Shown one piece after another: positions 63,042-64,000 of a stretch of 64,000 nucleotides of DNA. The notes beneath the pieces are model-generated. The model ran no database searches. It was not told the DNA's origin and saw only the letters and a program-made list of their open reading frames with translations. The number at the start of each line of letters is the position of its first letter. Positions within the stretch are counted from its first letter, which is position 1. Made by a program: the position numbers and the translations under genes. The DNA is from Bigelowiella natans CCMP2755 (lineage: Eukaryota; Protista; Cercozoa), in the NCBI GenBank assembly GCA_000320545.1, contig ADNK01001091.1, forward strand, positions 14,322-78,321, given 5' to 3'.

Positions 63042-63884
63042 ATGGCTTTTGAGCTCGGCCGCACCCTCTTGTACCACAACGACCCCGCATCCCTACCTTT
63101 GGGAATGTTGGGGTGAGAGAAATCGATTTAAATGGCATGTCTCCTCGAATGAAGCCGGGGTGGCGGTGTGGGGTGGTGGCAACTAACACATGCCCTCGTG
63201 TTGATTTTAGGTTGGACGCTGTGATTTCCGCGACATTTTTGCTGACATTCATCCATGCTGCGAAAAATGGGATCTCTAGAGTAGCATTGTTCTTGGCGCT
63301 CTTTGTCGTAGCACTTATTGTTGAGGAATCGTCCATCAATAATGGTACATAGATATTCAAACTTAACACCAACTAGGCAGCTTTCATTCTTTGGTCTCCT
63401 CTGAGCTGTTTCATGGTTAGGTTATGTCACAACCCACTGCCATGATGAAGCCACGGTGATGATCACAAAGGTACGTTTCGGCATTAGATCATTAAGATCA
63501 TCGCTATTCTGTCATTGATTCTACCGACGGATTTTATCCTTCCTAACAATTCCTCCTGCTATATGTGCCCCCCTGCCGCACTGGTAATCTCTCCGCTGGT
63601 TGCTCCTACCGTTGCGTCTGTCCAGTGTTCCTCTCTAAACTCGGTCATGTTCTACGTTCCCTGGCTGTACACGTCGATGATGTCCGCGAAACGATTGGGG
63701 TTGCCATGGTGGGCGTATCCAAGTGCAGCTGGACTTCTGCAGATGCTGTATGGCCTTCCCTACGAGATCCAGGGGCCTGCATTCGGCTGGTGGAAGTATA
63801 CAGACCAAGATATTGCCAACGGGGCTCTTACCGAGAGAGTTTTCGGGGTTTATCTATTCATTAGTTGATTTATTTTGTAAGCGG

Positions 63885-63924
<40 letters not shown>

Positions 63925-63941
63925 GTGTAGTCTGTATTTAT

Positions 63942-63999
<58 letters not shown>

Positions 64000-64000
64000 A
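63042..64000 (+). CDS. Multi-pass membrane protein, weakly CruF/DUF422-like; 3' partial
   Basis: Exons MAFELGRTLLYHNDPASLP|...VALFLALFVVALIVEE|...HCHDEATVMITK|CSSLNSVMFYVPWLY...YEIQGPAFGWWKY...ERVFG. The GWW.....R.FG motif is reminiscent of that family. Confidence 0.55.

Overview
Gene-dense eukaryotic nuclear DNA with GT-AG spliceosomal introns, many of them filled with microsatellites. Signal-peptide plus transit-peptide leaders on photosynthesis-related proteins (violaxanthin de-epoxidase, a CPFC-type GST, a HAD phosphatase) indicate an alga with a complex plastid; a chlorarachniophyte such as Bigelowiella is my inference. I reconstructed about 21 genes by hand-splicing, and they mostly alternate strand. 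In order: GST, GT11 fucosyltransferase-like, PH-domain protein, GDP-sugar transporter, C45 Ntn-hydrolase, small hypothetical, F-box protein, hypothetical, VDE, VAMP7-like R-SNARE, globin, RNF216-like RBR ligase, Tudor-AP2-SAM protein, HMG-CoA lyase, EGLN/PHD-like dioxygenase, HSP70, TMEM231, Rdx selenoprotein, HAD phosphatase, C13/legumain-like protease, bacterial-type RNase HII, and a membrane protein running off the right end. Five highlights are not visible in the ORF track. (1) A SelW/Rdx-family selenoprotein with an in-frame UGA in an atypical ExxU motif, a type II SECIS and a basic nucleic-acid-binding-like tail. (2) Four copies of a GAARTCCG-[variable hairpin]-ATGG motif. (3) A six-exon, probably N-myristoylated globin. 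(4) A tandem Tudor-like/AP2/SAM regulator. (5) A legumain-like protease without a signal peptide. Exon boundaries were read by eye and family assignments come from motif recall, not database searches.
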